Shown here piece by piece: positions 41,670-52,989 of a stretch of DNA of 64,000 bases. The position numbers and the translations under genes were made by a program. Source of the stretch: Eledone cirrhosa (lineage: Eukaryota); the NCBI GenBank assembly GCA_964016885.1, contig OZ024740.1, positions 54,374,001 through 54,438,000 of the forward strand. The letters are read 5' to 3'. The stretch's first letter is position 1; each line of letters opens with the position of its first letter. The notes under the pieces were generated by a model. That model was not told the DNA's origin. It did no database searches and was given only the letters and a program-made list of their open reading frames with translations.

Positions 41670-42580
41670 ATAAATCCAACCACCCCAATAGGAAAACATT
41701 ACAGGCATGCTACACAAAATGTGCAAATTTAAATACCGACGGCTCAAATCCCCACAGTGGTGAGATAAATAATAATACTTTAAGTAATAAAACGCCAAGG
41801 AGGTCCGGCACAAAATCATACGCATAACTGGTAAATACTGAGCTATCATATCTCTTCTTCAAACTTATAGACAAGCACTTTCCTCCAACAAACAAATTCC
41901 ATAAAATACTAAATAGAGATATGATCCGAATATCCTTTTCCATCAGAGCTAACATGATGAAATTGAAAAACAAAAACCCCCGCAGGTATGGCAATACCAA
42001 TAGACAACTGAAACCCGAACAACGGAAACTCCAACACTGAGCAGACCGGCAACCGCAAATACCAACGTCTATTCCACTTTATGCACATATCCAGAGCAAC
42101 AACAAAATACCCGGAATAACACTCCCAGCACTGGAATCAGGGACGAAACCGCACACTATACACGGACAAAATGCAACCGCAGAAATCCCAGCAATTGTCT
42201 TCTATCGGGTACATGCTTATACAAAAATATCATTCATCAATGTGTGGTAAAATCTAAACTGGGGATATACAAATATGTGGGTTCCACTTCGAATATTTTC
42301 AATAAAAGATGGTATGTGTACAACCATACATTTAAAAACACCAGTTTAGCTACATCTACGGCCCTGGCGAAAAGAAATCTGAAAGGCGCTAATATTGAAT
42401 ACACACTACAATGGTCCGTGGTAAAATTCGCCCGTCCATACCGGAATGAAAGATGCCCATGTGAACTATGTTTGGCAGAGGAAATTGAAATAGCGACCGA
42501 AAAGGACCTAAATTTCTGGCACGATTGGATATTTAACTGCAAACACAAGGTTCTAAAAACTTCGCTAAGGACAAGCTGAA
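41670..42580 (+). mobile_element. Naiad-like Penelope element, 5'-truncated (GIY-YIG region), decayed
   Basis: KHFPPTNKFHKILNR, CNRRNPSNCLLSGTCLYKNIIHQC, YVGSTSNIFNKRW...H.F, LQWSVV..ARPY...CELCLAEEIEI. Begins immediately after a (TA)n tract. Confidence 0.85.
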
Positions 42581-43019
42581 CTAGAAGAAGTTTCGATCCC
42601 TAATACCTAATACCTAATACCTATTTGATACATTTCCTGTGGCATTTGAAAATTTCACACCAATGGATTCAATAATATTCAAAACAATCCCATTATCTTA
42701 ATTCCTTTCCTCCTTACCCACTCTAGCCTACTCTTAATCTCTACCATAGCTTTCTCTGTGCCTCTCCTTATACATTCTCTATCCCCATATATGGTAAACA
42801 TCAAAACTTTCACCAATAATAATGGTCAAAGAATAATTGTTTCACATCACAGCACATGGATTTATAGTTTGAAACTCTTTACCCCAAATCTCTCCCCTCT
42901 CTACTATCATTCTAACTGACTATAGTTCATGGTATTTTTAACATAGTTACATTTTCTTAAACGAAAATCACATTACTGAATTCTATTACGTAGTGAACAG
43001 TTGAATTATACTTCTATAG

Positions 43020-43131
43020 GGTTTCTGATGAAGTGTAATAAATAATTAAGTATTGTATATGATTGGACAATATATATTGTAGTCAACACGTGTAGACAAT
43101 TTCTAAAAGGCGATGAAATATATGTCAAAGC
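43020..43131 (+). ncRNA. Decayed hammerhead motif in the 3' tail of the Naiad-like fragment
   Basis: ggttt-CTGATGA-agtgt...gcgat-GAAA-tatatg-TC-aaagc, followed by aataaa and (TA)n. Confidence 0.5.
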
Positions 43132-43190
43132 AAATAAATTCATACTCTCTTCACGCTGCCCCTTTATTTTACTTAGTGCAATACTTGTTA

Positions 43191-43269
<79 letters not shown>

Positions 43270-43548
43270 TGTGTGTGTGTGTGTGTGTGTGTGTGTTTGA
43301 GTTCTTTAAAAGCCAAAAAGGCTGGACAGAAGTCTTCCTTTAAAATTTTAAAGAATATTTCCAGTCCGGCTTTCTGTTGCTTTTAATGAATATTCAACTC
43401 CGTTCCTGAACCACCCACAGAATAACATATCTATGAAGGATGATTTGCATAACGTTGGATGCTTTGATTTATTGCGTCATCATTTACTAACCGGAATCAC
43501 CAGGTATATCCCTTGGTAAGCAATATAACATAAATGGAATATATCTGT

Positions 43549-43669
<121 letters not shown>

Positions 43670-43712
43670 CATACATATATATATATACATATATATATAT
43701 ATACAAACATAC

Positions 43713-43742
<30 letters not shown>

Positions 43743-43743
<1 letters not shown>

Positions 43744-43868
43744 GGAAAAAGTATGACCCCGACGGCAGAGCTCAAGCCGTTTCGACGGCTATTTCTGGAC
43801 TGAAATAGCCGTCCAGAAACAGCCGTCGAAACGGCATGAGCTCTGCCGTCGGGGTCATATTTTTTCCT
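43743..43868. repeat. GC-rich ~125-bp fold-back palindrome made of two hammerhead 3' halves
   Basis: aggaaaaagtatgaccccgacggcagagctc...ctggac mirrors gtccag...GAAA-cggca-tgagctc-tgccg-TC-ggggtcata...cct. Confidence 0.85.
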
Positions 43869-44389
43869 GTTTCCCACTCTACTACCCTAAGTATTGAGTA
43901 CTCTGGTGCGTTATGGTCCATCTGGTTCCTTACCACAATTCCTTTGTTATATATATATATATATATATATGAAAACAGGGAGAAAAAGACGATTATTAGG
44001 AAGAAAAATATTTGTTTTCCCTTTTTATATATATATGTGTATGTAAAAGGGAAACAGAAAACAACAACACAATCGGTACAGTATATGTAAGGGATATATT
44101 AGGTTAACGCTTGATATAGCAGGAAGAGGGTCTTAACTTTTCGGTCACTAGTCCTTCACCAGAAGAAAGAATGAGAGATAAGATAGATTTATGGGACGGA
44201 CGGAATGGAATTGGAAAAAATGTCTTTAGATAAAAATAACAGGTCCATTGAAGTTGATATCTCTTGCAAAACTGCTGGTGCTGGCGTTTTGTGTATGATT
44301 TATTTTTTAGAAAGGTGGATGATGGAGCGCGTCTACCTGAAATGGAAAAAATTCCGTTTGTAAAAATAGCTATACTTGAGCACGTGCGT

Positions 44390-44780
44390 TGGAGTCTGTG
44401 CTGCAGTACGGGTCTGAGACTTGGACAATGACCAAGAAATTCACTCAGATGGTGGATGGGTGCTACACGAGGACGCTGAGGATGGCTCTGGACATTAATC
44501 AGAGCTATACGGGAGCCTCCCAAAAGTCAGCTCGAGAGTTGCACAGAGGAGACTGAGGTTAGCTGGACATGCTCACCGACACCCAGAATTGACACTGCAC
44601 TCAGTGCTCCTTTCGGAGCCCATGCATGGACACACTGGAAGAGGAAGACCAAGGCTGATATATGTTGATGCCCTAAGGACACACACTGGTCTCTTGGAGA
44701 CACAGGACATGGCAGCGATATTGAGGGACAGAGACCGCTGGAGAGAACTCATCCATGGGTCTCGGGAATGTTACTTGCCC
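44390..44780 (+). mobile_element. RTE-clade LINE 3' fragment
   Basis: ESVLQYGSETWTMTK...DGCYTRTLRMAL...ELYGSLPKVS..VAQRRLRLAGH..RHPE...GRGRPRLIYVDAL...DRDRWR. Ends at tatata. Confidence 0.85.
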
Positions 44781-45069
44781 TATATATACATATATAAATA
44801 TCTATGTGTGTTTGTGTAGGTGTTTACATATTATTTCATATTTTAAATGAATAATAGTTCTCCACCCTGAGTACATTAAAGAGCTTTATACATATCTAAT
44901 GTAGGTTTTGCCGTAGTTTCTCAGCCTCGCTCTGACTATATACACCTATCTGATAAGAAAACATATTTTATTCTGTCTGTCTACATATACCTACATACAT
45001 ACGCAACGACATACACACTGACTCACACACAAATATATTTATGTATGTGACCATCTCTATATCTCTATA

Positions 45070-45171
<102 letters not shown>

Positions 45172-45314
45172 CTTATATATATATATATACATATATATAT
45201 CAGTATGTATGTCTATGTGTATACTCAACACTTACAGACGCCTGTCTCTTATAAAGCATGGGTCATATAGAAGCCAAGTAATAGTATCAAAAATGTATAT
45301 TGATATATTTCAAA

Positions 45315-45353
<39 letters not shown>

Positions 45354-45562
45354 GACGAAAGTGGATGTACGTTTTTTGAAGCTCCGTGAGTAAGCAATTT
45401 TTGAGGATTAATTGTAGAGAATTGTTTATTTTTTGTACCGCTGAAGCATTATAAGACATTAATTTGTATCCTGTGAAGGAATAACTCATAATATTTGGGC
45501 CTTTTGGCCCAAATATTTGAACTTTATTTTGAAAAAAATAATAATTTTTTTCTCAAAAAAAC

Positions 45563-47473
45563 ATGGCGGAGCTACGCCCCCTAGAGGCGGGTCTGCTGTC
45601 GTGCAACGGCGACTTGAGCGTTGAGAGGAGAGGTGAGGCGAGGAGCGCCACCAGCACGAATGTGAGCAGCGACAGTGCCAGCACCAACGGGCCGAGCGGC
45701 GCGGAAGGTGGTAACAGCGACAACACCAACACCAACAAGCCGAACAGCGCAGAAGGTGGTACTAGCGAGAGCACCAACAAAACGAACAGCACAGAGAGTA
45801 ATAGTAGCGACAGCAACAGCACCAACAAGGCCAACAGCACAGAGGGTAACCACGACACAGGGGAGAACAACAACAGCAATAGCAGCAGCAACACCAACAA
45901 GAACAACAACAGTGACAACACCAACAAGAACACTTTCGCTGCTGTGGCAGCGGCTAAAAGGAGACCATGCTACAGCATCGACTTAACCAACAGAGAGGAA
46001 AAGTTGGCCCAGGCCTGGAAAATCATAAATCAAGAGCAGACCTGGGCAAACTTAACTGTCCCGGCAGAAGCCATTGAGGCAGTGGAAAAAAGAACGGTGC
46101 ATTTCAGATGCATCTCAGTAGAGACAAAGAGGGCAGCGATAATCGCCCAAGCTGACATAGAAGCCGCACTGAAATACATCAGAGAGGACACAGACTTCAT
46201 AGAGAGGGGCAGGCAATACGGCACCGTTTCGGTGCTGTTCAAGTCTGAAGCCCTCGCTGTGAAGCATTCAATGACCCCTTGCAAAACCAGCAAGGTCATA
46301 ATGTACCCCTCCCACATGGGAAAACGAATAGCACGTGTGCGCATTCCCAGGATTCCACCAGGACTTGATATGTGGTGGCTCCTGGGTTGCGTAATCGTGG
46401 AAGGAACGGATACAGTCCCGGTAGAGGCAACGAGAACTGCCAGGGACGACTGGTCCGGGGTTGATCTGGAGATACTGCTCCAAATCAGACCCGAAAACGT
46501 AAAAACAATCCCGGACCACATCCGCCTCCAAAACGGGAGGGTGTTGCATATAATGACTGAGGGCAAAAGGCCGCATTGTTTCCTTTGTGGGGAAACGACA
46601 CACTTGCGAGCCTTCTGCCCTCAACTGCCGAAAAGCGCAAGGGGTCGAAAGATTCCACTGCTGGCGACGCCGGGACAAGGACCACCAGCAACACCGTCAA
46701 CAATGGAACCACCAAAATTGCACACCCAGGGGGGAAACGAGGAAAGCTCTCCCATTCCCCCTCCCCCCCAAAATACACACACGAACAAGAACATAAACAC
46801 TCACTCAGACACAAACACGCTCACAGCCACAGACCCCTCATCCTCCAGCAGTGAAGATGAGGGAAAACCAAAGTCCCCCAAAATACAAAAAACAAAACAC
46901 AAAAAAAAAAGAAATCCACAAAGCACAAACACCCCCACAAAAAAAAATACACACACCACCCACACAAACATTTTCCCCACAGCATCACCAACACAACCAC
47001 CAAAATCCCCCAAACGCAAACAAGCTAAACAGACACAAGAACAAATAGACACACAAACATCAGAAACTACAGACACCCCACCCACAACAAACGCAGACAC
47101 AATAGAAACAACACTAACAAAGCTATCACCACCACAATCACACGAACAAATAAAACCCGAGCAACAAAACATTAAAAACTTCGTGCTTGCCAGAAGGGCC
47201 AACAAGGAATTGATGGCCCATGTAGCACGAAGCACAAACATCGAAAAAGACGGGGAAACATTTGAAGCGAGCACATTTCGCGTACCAGATAATTTGCTTC
47301 TGATGCGAATGTCGCTCGCTTCATACAAAGAAATTCGAAAGAGCTTTCCTCGGGATGTGGGAACCCCGAACGTAAAACCCACGTCAAGACTATTAAAGGG
47401 GTTCCCAAAAGAAACCCCACAAACCATGGAGGTCGAACCACCCGACCTTCACAAGACCCCGGAAGGTAAGTAA
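45563..47473 (+). CDS. LINE ORF1 protein (636 aa; CCHC zinc knuckle, low-complexity N- and C-terminal regions)
   Basis: CFLCGETTHLRAFC fits CX2CX4HX4C. It lies directly upstream of the APE-RT ORF. Confidence 0.88.
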   Translation: MAELRPLEAGLLSCNGDLSVERRGEARSATSTNVSSDSASTNGPSGAEGGNSDNTNTNKPNSAEGGTSESTNKTNSTESNSSDSNSTNKANSTEGNHDTGENNNSNSSSNTNKNNNSDNTNKNTFAAVAAAKRRPCYSIDLTNREEKLAQAWKIINQEQTWANLTVPAEAIEAVEKRTVHFRCISVETKRAAIIAQADIEAALKYIREDTDFIERGRQYGTVSVLFKSEALAVKHSMTPCKTSKVIMYPSHMGKRIARVRIPRIPPGLDMWWLLGCVIVEGTDTVPVEATRTARDDWSGVDLEILLQIRPENVKTIPDHIRLQNGRVLHIMTEGKRPHCFLCGETTHLRAFCPQLPKSARGRKIPLLATPGQGPPATPSTMEPPKLHTQGGNEESSPIPPPPQNTHTNKNINTHSDTNTLTATDPSSSSSEDEGKPKSPKIQKTKHKKKRNPQSTNTPTKKNTHTTHTNIFPTASPTQPPKSPKRKQAKQTQEQIDTQTSETTDTPPTTNADTIETTLTKLSPPQSHEQIKPEQQNIKNFVLARRANKELMAHVARSTNIEKDGETFEASTFRVPDNLLLMRMSLASYKEIRKSFPRDVGTPNVKPTSRLLKGFPKETPQTMEVEPPDLHKTPEGK

Positions 47474-47502
47474 ACCTTTCCTCTCCCATTCATCCTGCCA
47501 GC

Positions 47503-50500
47503 ATGGCCATAAGAGTAGGAAGTTTAAATGTTCGTGGCCTGGGGTCGCCCTGGAAGCAAGGTCACTTGCTCAACGACCTCAGGTCACTAGGAATGGATGT
47601 AATTGCCATCAGCGAGACCAGAATTTCCGACACACGCGCACTGGCGCCGATTTTCGACGATTATCAGATCTTTGCATCTGTTAGTCGGCCGGGAATGGGA
47701 GGTGGAGTGGCTGTGCTGTTTAGGAAATGTCTGGATCTCGAGGTAAGGTCAATCTTCCGGGATCCTGACGGAAAGTTGGTGGTCCTGGACGTGAGCAATA
47801 GCGAAGGTGGTGCCTTTAGACTGGTGGCCGTCTACGCCCCTACTGGGGCCGGTCGGCCGGACTTCTTTAGGCGCCTGGAAAACTTTCTGCTTACGTCTCG
47901 CCCTTTACTGTTAATAGGGGATTGGAATGGCATCTTAGAAGCACGCTGGGATTGTGTGGGAGTATCTGATAGGAGCGGGGGGTGCAAAAGCCTCAAGTAC
48001 CTGATCAGCCAGTTTCAACTGTCTGACAGGTACCGACTAGATTTCCCTAATGCGCCAGTATGGACCTGGACCAATCGCATAGGGTCATCTAGATCGTACA
48101 TAGATAGGATTTTCATTAGGAAAAGAGATAGAAATAGTGTAGGATGTCCACATTTTAAAACGGTTGCCTATTCAGATCACAAGCTTGTGATCTGTATGGT
48201 CGACCTAGATAAGACACGTAGGTTAGGACCTAGCTACTGGAAGCTAAACATGTCGTTTCCGGCACGTAAAGCTTACAGGGACCGGGTCAACAACTTAGTT
48301 AAGCAAAAGTTGACAGGGGGGGTTGTCAACAACAGGTGGTGGGGGGCACTCAAAAGAGAGATTAGAGCAACCTCGATAGGATTTAGCAAAGAAGTAGCAA
48401 TAGAGAAAAATAGAAAGGAGGAGGGGCTGATAGCTAAGTTAGACGAGGCTATTTGTAGTGGCATTGCAACAGACGTGCTAGCGGCGAGAATGGCACTAGA
48501 CCATTTCTTCAATGCGAAACACGAAGGTTGCATTGTCAGAGCTAAGGCGCGTGCTCTGAGGAACGAGGGAAGCAAAGCTGCCCGATGGGCTCGCCTTGCA
48601 GAGACGCAGCGTGGAAATAAAACCACAATTCGGTCTTTGACGGATCGAGATGGACACGAACTGAGCGATTCCAAGCAGATGTGTGAGGCCTTTCGCCAGC
48701 ACTTTGCTCGATTGTTCGGGAGGATGGGTGAGTCGGAGACGGCGGCGGACTTCAGTCCCTACCTCGACGGCTTGCCACGCCTCTCGACGGCCGACGCTGA
48801 GCGCTGCGAAGAGCCGATAACATCAGCCGAAATTCAGGACGCCCTTGTCGGCTGCTCGAGTCGCAAGTCACCCGGTTTGGATGGTCTGCCCTACGAGCTT
48901 TACGTAAATATGCCAGACTTGTTCTCCGATCTCCTCGAAGCGCTCTACTGCAACTGGCAGCAGAACGGGAGCATTCCCAGTTCTGTGAGCCGTGGCGTAG
49001 TGACGCTGATAAGGAAAGACGAGAACAAGAGGGACACACTAGATAATTTCAGGCCCATAACCCTGCTCAACACAGAGTTTAAGATTTTGGCCAAGGTGTT
49101 AGCGAAAAGGTTGGCGCTTGTCGTCAAAGATTTGGTTGGGGAGGCGCAAACTTGCGCAATCCCGACCAGGTCCATACACGACAACCTCCACCTCATGCGA
49201 TACATCATAGAGAGGGTTGGGTGCAAACCTGGCTTCGGTGGGGCTCTGATCAATTTAGATCAATCGAAAGCATTCGATAGGGTCGACCATCGGTACTTGG
49301 AGGCTGTCCTCGAGGCGGCTGGCTTCGGCCCCGTCTTCAGAAGCTGGATCGCTGCAATGTACAGCGGCATCCGCTCGGTGGTCAAAGTTAATGGCCACCT
49401 CTCGGAACCGTTTCAGATCTCTCGATCGGTCCGTCAAGGGTGCCCTCTCTCCTCACTTCTGTACGTATTGACTCTTGAGCCTCTACTGCGGAAGCTGGAG
49501 TTGTTGCAGGGCATCCCGCTCGAACCGGGACGTAGAAAGGCTGCGTCCGCTTATGCGGACGACATCACCGTGATGGTGTCGGACACCTCGGAAATCGAGG
49601 TGATCCGCACCCATTTGGAGGAATATGAAAGGTTGACGGGAGCAAAACTTAACCCGGAAAAGTCGGTGGGCTTGCAGCTCGGCACCTGGAGAGGCAAGTC
49701 CATGCCGTCCAACAGCGTCGTTGGGCGCTGGACAGACGGACCGGTAAAGTTGCTCGGGGTTTGGTTCGGACCAGACCTCCAGGTGGATAAGAATTGGGAC
49801 GAGGTGACGAGCAGGATAGCCAACCTCACCCAGAAATGGGCTGAGAGAAAGCTATCACTGAAAGGGCGGGCGGAGGTGGCGAACGCGTACATCGCGTCCG
49901 TCATCTACTACCGCCTGACCGTCGTGCCTTGCCCCCGTCCACGCCTCGCCAATTTGGAACGGCTCCTTTTCAAATTTTTGTGGAGGGGACGGGTCCCGTT
50001 GGTGAGGCGGTCCATCTGCTGCCAGCACCCTCTTCGTGGAGGGCTGGGCATGCCGTGGCTAATGATGCGCAGACATGCGCTGAGGCTGCGACATCTCCAG
50101 ATATTTTGCCTAAACGGTGAACAGGTGTGGTCGCCGTTTGTTAGACGGGCCTTTCCGCAGCTCATCTCTTTGACTGAGCTGCAGTCCTGGGTCAAGAAGA
50201 GACCGAGACTGGGCGACTGGCATCTGGAATGTTGCCAGGCGCTCACTGCACTCTGCAAGGTGGGCAATGCGGTCAGTGGAACTTCCACTCAAGATTTCTA
50301 TAGAGGATTAGTGGAGGGCAAGTGCGATGACGTACTAGGAGAGGCTCTGGGCGTCAACGAAGTAGAACTGACCAGTATGTTCCGGAGGACTTTCGAGCCG
50401 GGGACGATGGATAACTTCCAGAAATCCCTCGCTTGGCAGTGCTACCGGGGGGCGCTGCCGGTTCGGGATAAACTCTACAGGCACGGAAGTGCTGTCAGAC

Positions 50501-50922
50501 GAACCTGCCCGAGATGCGCGCAGAGCGACGAAACCGTTCTGCACGCACTCGTCCAGTGTCCGTGCATTGCTGACTTGTGGGGTTATGTCGAACAGCTATT
50601 GTCGCGTGTAGAACGGATCCGGCTATCGTCCGAGTCCATAGTGAAGATTGACCCGCCGCCTTCTTTTGGTCAGGAAGGGCAGGCAATTTTCCTCTGCCTG
50701 GTGGCAGTAGCGAAAGAGGTTGCATGGTGGACCAGGTTGAAAGGACTGAAGACAGACACTTTTCTCTTCGGCCAATCCCTCATCAACTTCTTCAAGTTTC
50801 ACTTGGAAAGGAAGGTGAGGGTGGAGAGAGAAGTGCTGCCCCCCAGTACATTTACTGAAAGGTGGGTGAATGTGGCGAGAATGGCCCGCGTGAGTGGGCC
50901 TACTCTGATCATGCGCCTGTAG
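47503..50922 (+). CDS. LINE ORF2 protein (1139 aa; APE endonuclease, reverse transcriptase, C-terminal zinc finger)
   Basis: Endonuclease motifs SLNVRGL, ISET, VYAP, GDWN, SYIDR, SDH. RT motifs KSPGLDG, FRPITLLN, LDQSKAFDRV, VRQGCPLS, YADD. C-terminal CPRC...ETVLHALVQC. Confidence 0.95.
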   Translation: MAIRVGSLNVRGLGSPWKQGHLLNDLRSLGMDVIAISETRISDTRALAPIFDDYQIFASVSRPGMGGGVAVLFRKCLDLEVRSIFRDPDGKLVVLDVSNSEGGAFRLVAVYAPTGAGRPDFFRRLENFLLTSRPLLLIGDWNGILEARWDCVGVSDRSGGCKSLKYLISQFQLSDRYRLDFPNAPVWTWTNRIGSSRSYIDRIFIRKRDRNSVGCPHFKTVAYSDHKLVICMVDLDKTRRLGPSYWKLNMSFPARKAYRDRVNNLVKQKLTGGVVNNRWWGALKREIRATSIGFSKEVAIEKNRKEEGLIAKLDEAICSGIATDVLAARMALDHFFNAKHEGCIVRAKARALRNEGSKAARWARLAETQRGNKTTIRSLTDRDGHELSDSKQMCEAFRQHFARLFGRMGESETAADFSPYLDGLPRLSTADAERCEEPITSAEIQDALVGCSSRKSPGLDGLPYELYVNMPDLFSDLLEALYCNWQQNGSIPSSVSRGVVTLIRKDENKRDTLDNFRPITLLNTEFKILAKVLAKRLALVVKDLVGEAQTCAIPTRSIHDNLHLMRYIIERVGCKPGFGGALINLDQSKAFDRVDHRYLEAVLEAAGFGPVFRSWIAAMYSGIRSVVKVNGHLSEPFQISRSVRQGCPLSSLLYVLTLEPLLRKLELLQGIPLEPGRRKAASAYADDITVMVSDTSEIEVIRTHLEEYERLTGAKLNPEKSVGLQLGTWRGKSMPSNSVVGRWTDGPVKLLGVWFGPDLQVDKNWDEVTSRIANLTQKWAERKLSLKGRAEVANAYIASVIYYRLTVVPCPRPRLANLERLLFKFLWRGRVPLVRRSICCQHPLRGGLGMPWLMMRRHALRLRHLQIFCLNGEQVWSPFVRRAFPQLISLTELQSWVKKRPRLGDWHLECCQALTALCKVGNAVSGTSTQDFYRGLVEGKCDDVLGEALGVNEVELTSMFRRTFEPGTMDNFQKSLAWQCYRGALPVRDKLYRHGSAVRRTCPRCAQSDETVLHALVQCPCIADLWGYVEQLLSRVERIRLSSESIVKIDPPPSFGQEGQAIFLCLVAVAKEVAWWTRLKGLKTDTFLFGQSLINFFKFHLERKVRVEREVLPPSTFTERWVNVARMARVSGPTLIMRL

Positions 50923-51179
50923 GCTGGTGAATTCGAGAAGGAGAGGGGTGCCCTTCCCGGGTGCCCTAGGAGCGTCGGGTGGCTCAGGACTGGTGGGGTG
51001 CTTGAGTCAACCCTGGGTGGTGATCCCTCTTATTGGGGAACTTTCATTGTTGTATTTTTATTGTTATTTTGTTTTTGTTTTTTTGTTATTTATACTTACT
51101 CGATCTCTATGTAAACCCCCACTGTCCCTGTCTATTGTGTTGTCCCCTATATGTCGGCCCTTGTGGCCAATAAATGAAA

Positions 51180-51213
<34 letters not shown>

Positions 51214-51215
51214 AG

Positions 51216-51259
<44 letters not shown>

Positions 51260-52659
51260 GAAATTTTCAAAACATGATTGGTTCTCATATCATCATTCAA
51301 AATAACCATGTTTCACAAAGGTTGAATACCTCAAGCTAAATAAAATAATTATCTGTTTCAGATTGACTTTAAAAATATTGCATTACTAAAAAGGATGTAT
51401 TAAGTTAAACCAGTGCTCGAATCATAGCTATCGAAGAAAAGAAACAAAATATAATTTCAATTGAAGACGCAATTGAGGCTTTTGGCTTATTTAATATTTT
51501 TTCTACATGAAGTTCATTAACAAAAGATTATTACAGATGCCCAATCTTCTTAATTCTGAGAAGTAATCAAGCAATCCCAGGTGAGAGCCCCCAGGTTTGT
51601 TTTGTTCTATTGAAACAAAAGCTGTGGGCTTTTAATCCTCAAATATTCTTTACTTAGGGTCAATATTTTAACTAAGTTTTCTATTATATAATAGTATTAT
51701 ATAAATAGCTTCAAAATTATCGAAATCTTTTGAGAAGTAGCTTCATTTATTAACTTCTTATGAGAACTAGAGGCGAAATAGTTGCTTGCGTCAGCAATAA
51801 AAAATAAAAAGGAAGAAAGAGCTAATAATGGATGCCTGAACAAAATGCAGATAAATATATTAAAAGAAATCTTCTTTAGATATAAGTCGATAAGATATTA
51901 TTTGTTTAATTAGAAAAGTGGCATTCTTTTAAATAGAGGTTTCGACCCATTGATTCTGATTTATTTGTACACTTCCTCTTTTAACAATATTTTTGATTGC
52001 TTCTTTTATTGTACATTATGTGCTTTCTTCAATAATACCAGATCTCGTACAGAATATATATAAAAGATTAAATATGAAAAGTATACTTAAGAACAGCTGT
52101 AGAGAGAGTTATCGTTTATTTCATATATGATTTAAGACGAGCGAAATCAATGCATACAACTTAACACATTATCTAGATGTGCTTAAGTGGCTTGAAAATT
52201 GCGAATATAAACATACTTAATATATACAAATATGTATGTGAGTTATAGACACACAGACACAAACCCAATTATGTATATATTTATATGAATATATATATAT
52301 ATGTGTGTGTGTATCTATATTGAAAAACGCACAATTCAAGAAATGAGGGGAGAAAACAGAAATGGAGAAAACGAATAAAGAAGGGAATTTCGGGGAGATG
52401 TATAGAATCAGGTCACATAGTCAGATCACAGGGCAATGTCTAGTCAAGAGAAAGTAAATTGTAGGTAAGTTAGTAGATATAATTTGACAGAAAAGAGAAG
52501 AGAGAGAAGATGGATGGCGTGTTTGGAAGTAGAGTGAATTCACTCTGGCTTCACAGTAGCACTCTCACATACTTCTCGCTCCAACACTCGCCTACAGCAC
52601 ACAGGCATACCTACCTATGCTCAGACACAAATGTATACCGAACAATAATGATATAGATA

Positions 52660-52858
52660 ATAATAATTTCTGATTGAGGCAAAAAGTCAACAGACTCAGG
52701 AGAGGCCAAAGTCAATTAAACCCACCCCTGTGCGTAACTGGTGCTATATTTTGTTCGGTGAAATTAACATCGGCGGGATTTGAACTCAACGTAAAGAGCC
52801 ATCACTAAATGCCGCAAAACGTATTGTTCTACGCCCTACCCATGCTGCCAAATTCCGA
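52660..52858 (-). mobile_element. SINE family A, strongly diverged
   Basis: aataataatttc...actggtgctatattt...cggcgggatttgaactc...cgccctaccc..gctgccaa. Confidence 0.55.
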
Positions 52859-52989
52859 CTAGAATAATCCATTCAATGATAATAAAGAAGAAATAACCCC
52901 CCAAATAATCATAATTATAAAAAGTGAATCCCAACAAATATTAGTAGAGCTTAGACCTGGTCGGTGTTTCGCGCAGTCGAGTACCACAG

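Larger units (their letters stand above)
45355..51181 (+). mobile_element. Apparently intact Tx1/L1-clade LINE flanked by (ATT)n
   Basis: Two uninterrupted ORFs and a 3' UTR with AATAAA running into (ATT)n. (ATT)n also lies at 45316-45354. The 5' boundary is uncertain between 45355 and about 45550. Confidence 0.9.

Noticed and set aside
47466-47501. GTAAGT...CAG mini-intron that might fuse ORF1 to ORF2
   Set aside because: It is only 36 nt, splicing would put ORF2 out of frame, and the acceptor AG is absent in the second copy (ccaacatg).
46030-50725. Antisense ORFs overlapping the LINE ORFs
   Set aside because: These are expected shadow ORFs of a GC-richer coding sequence, with no motifs.
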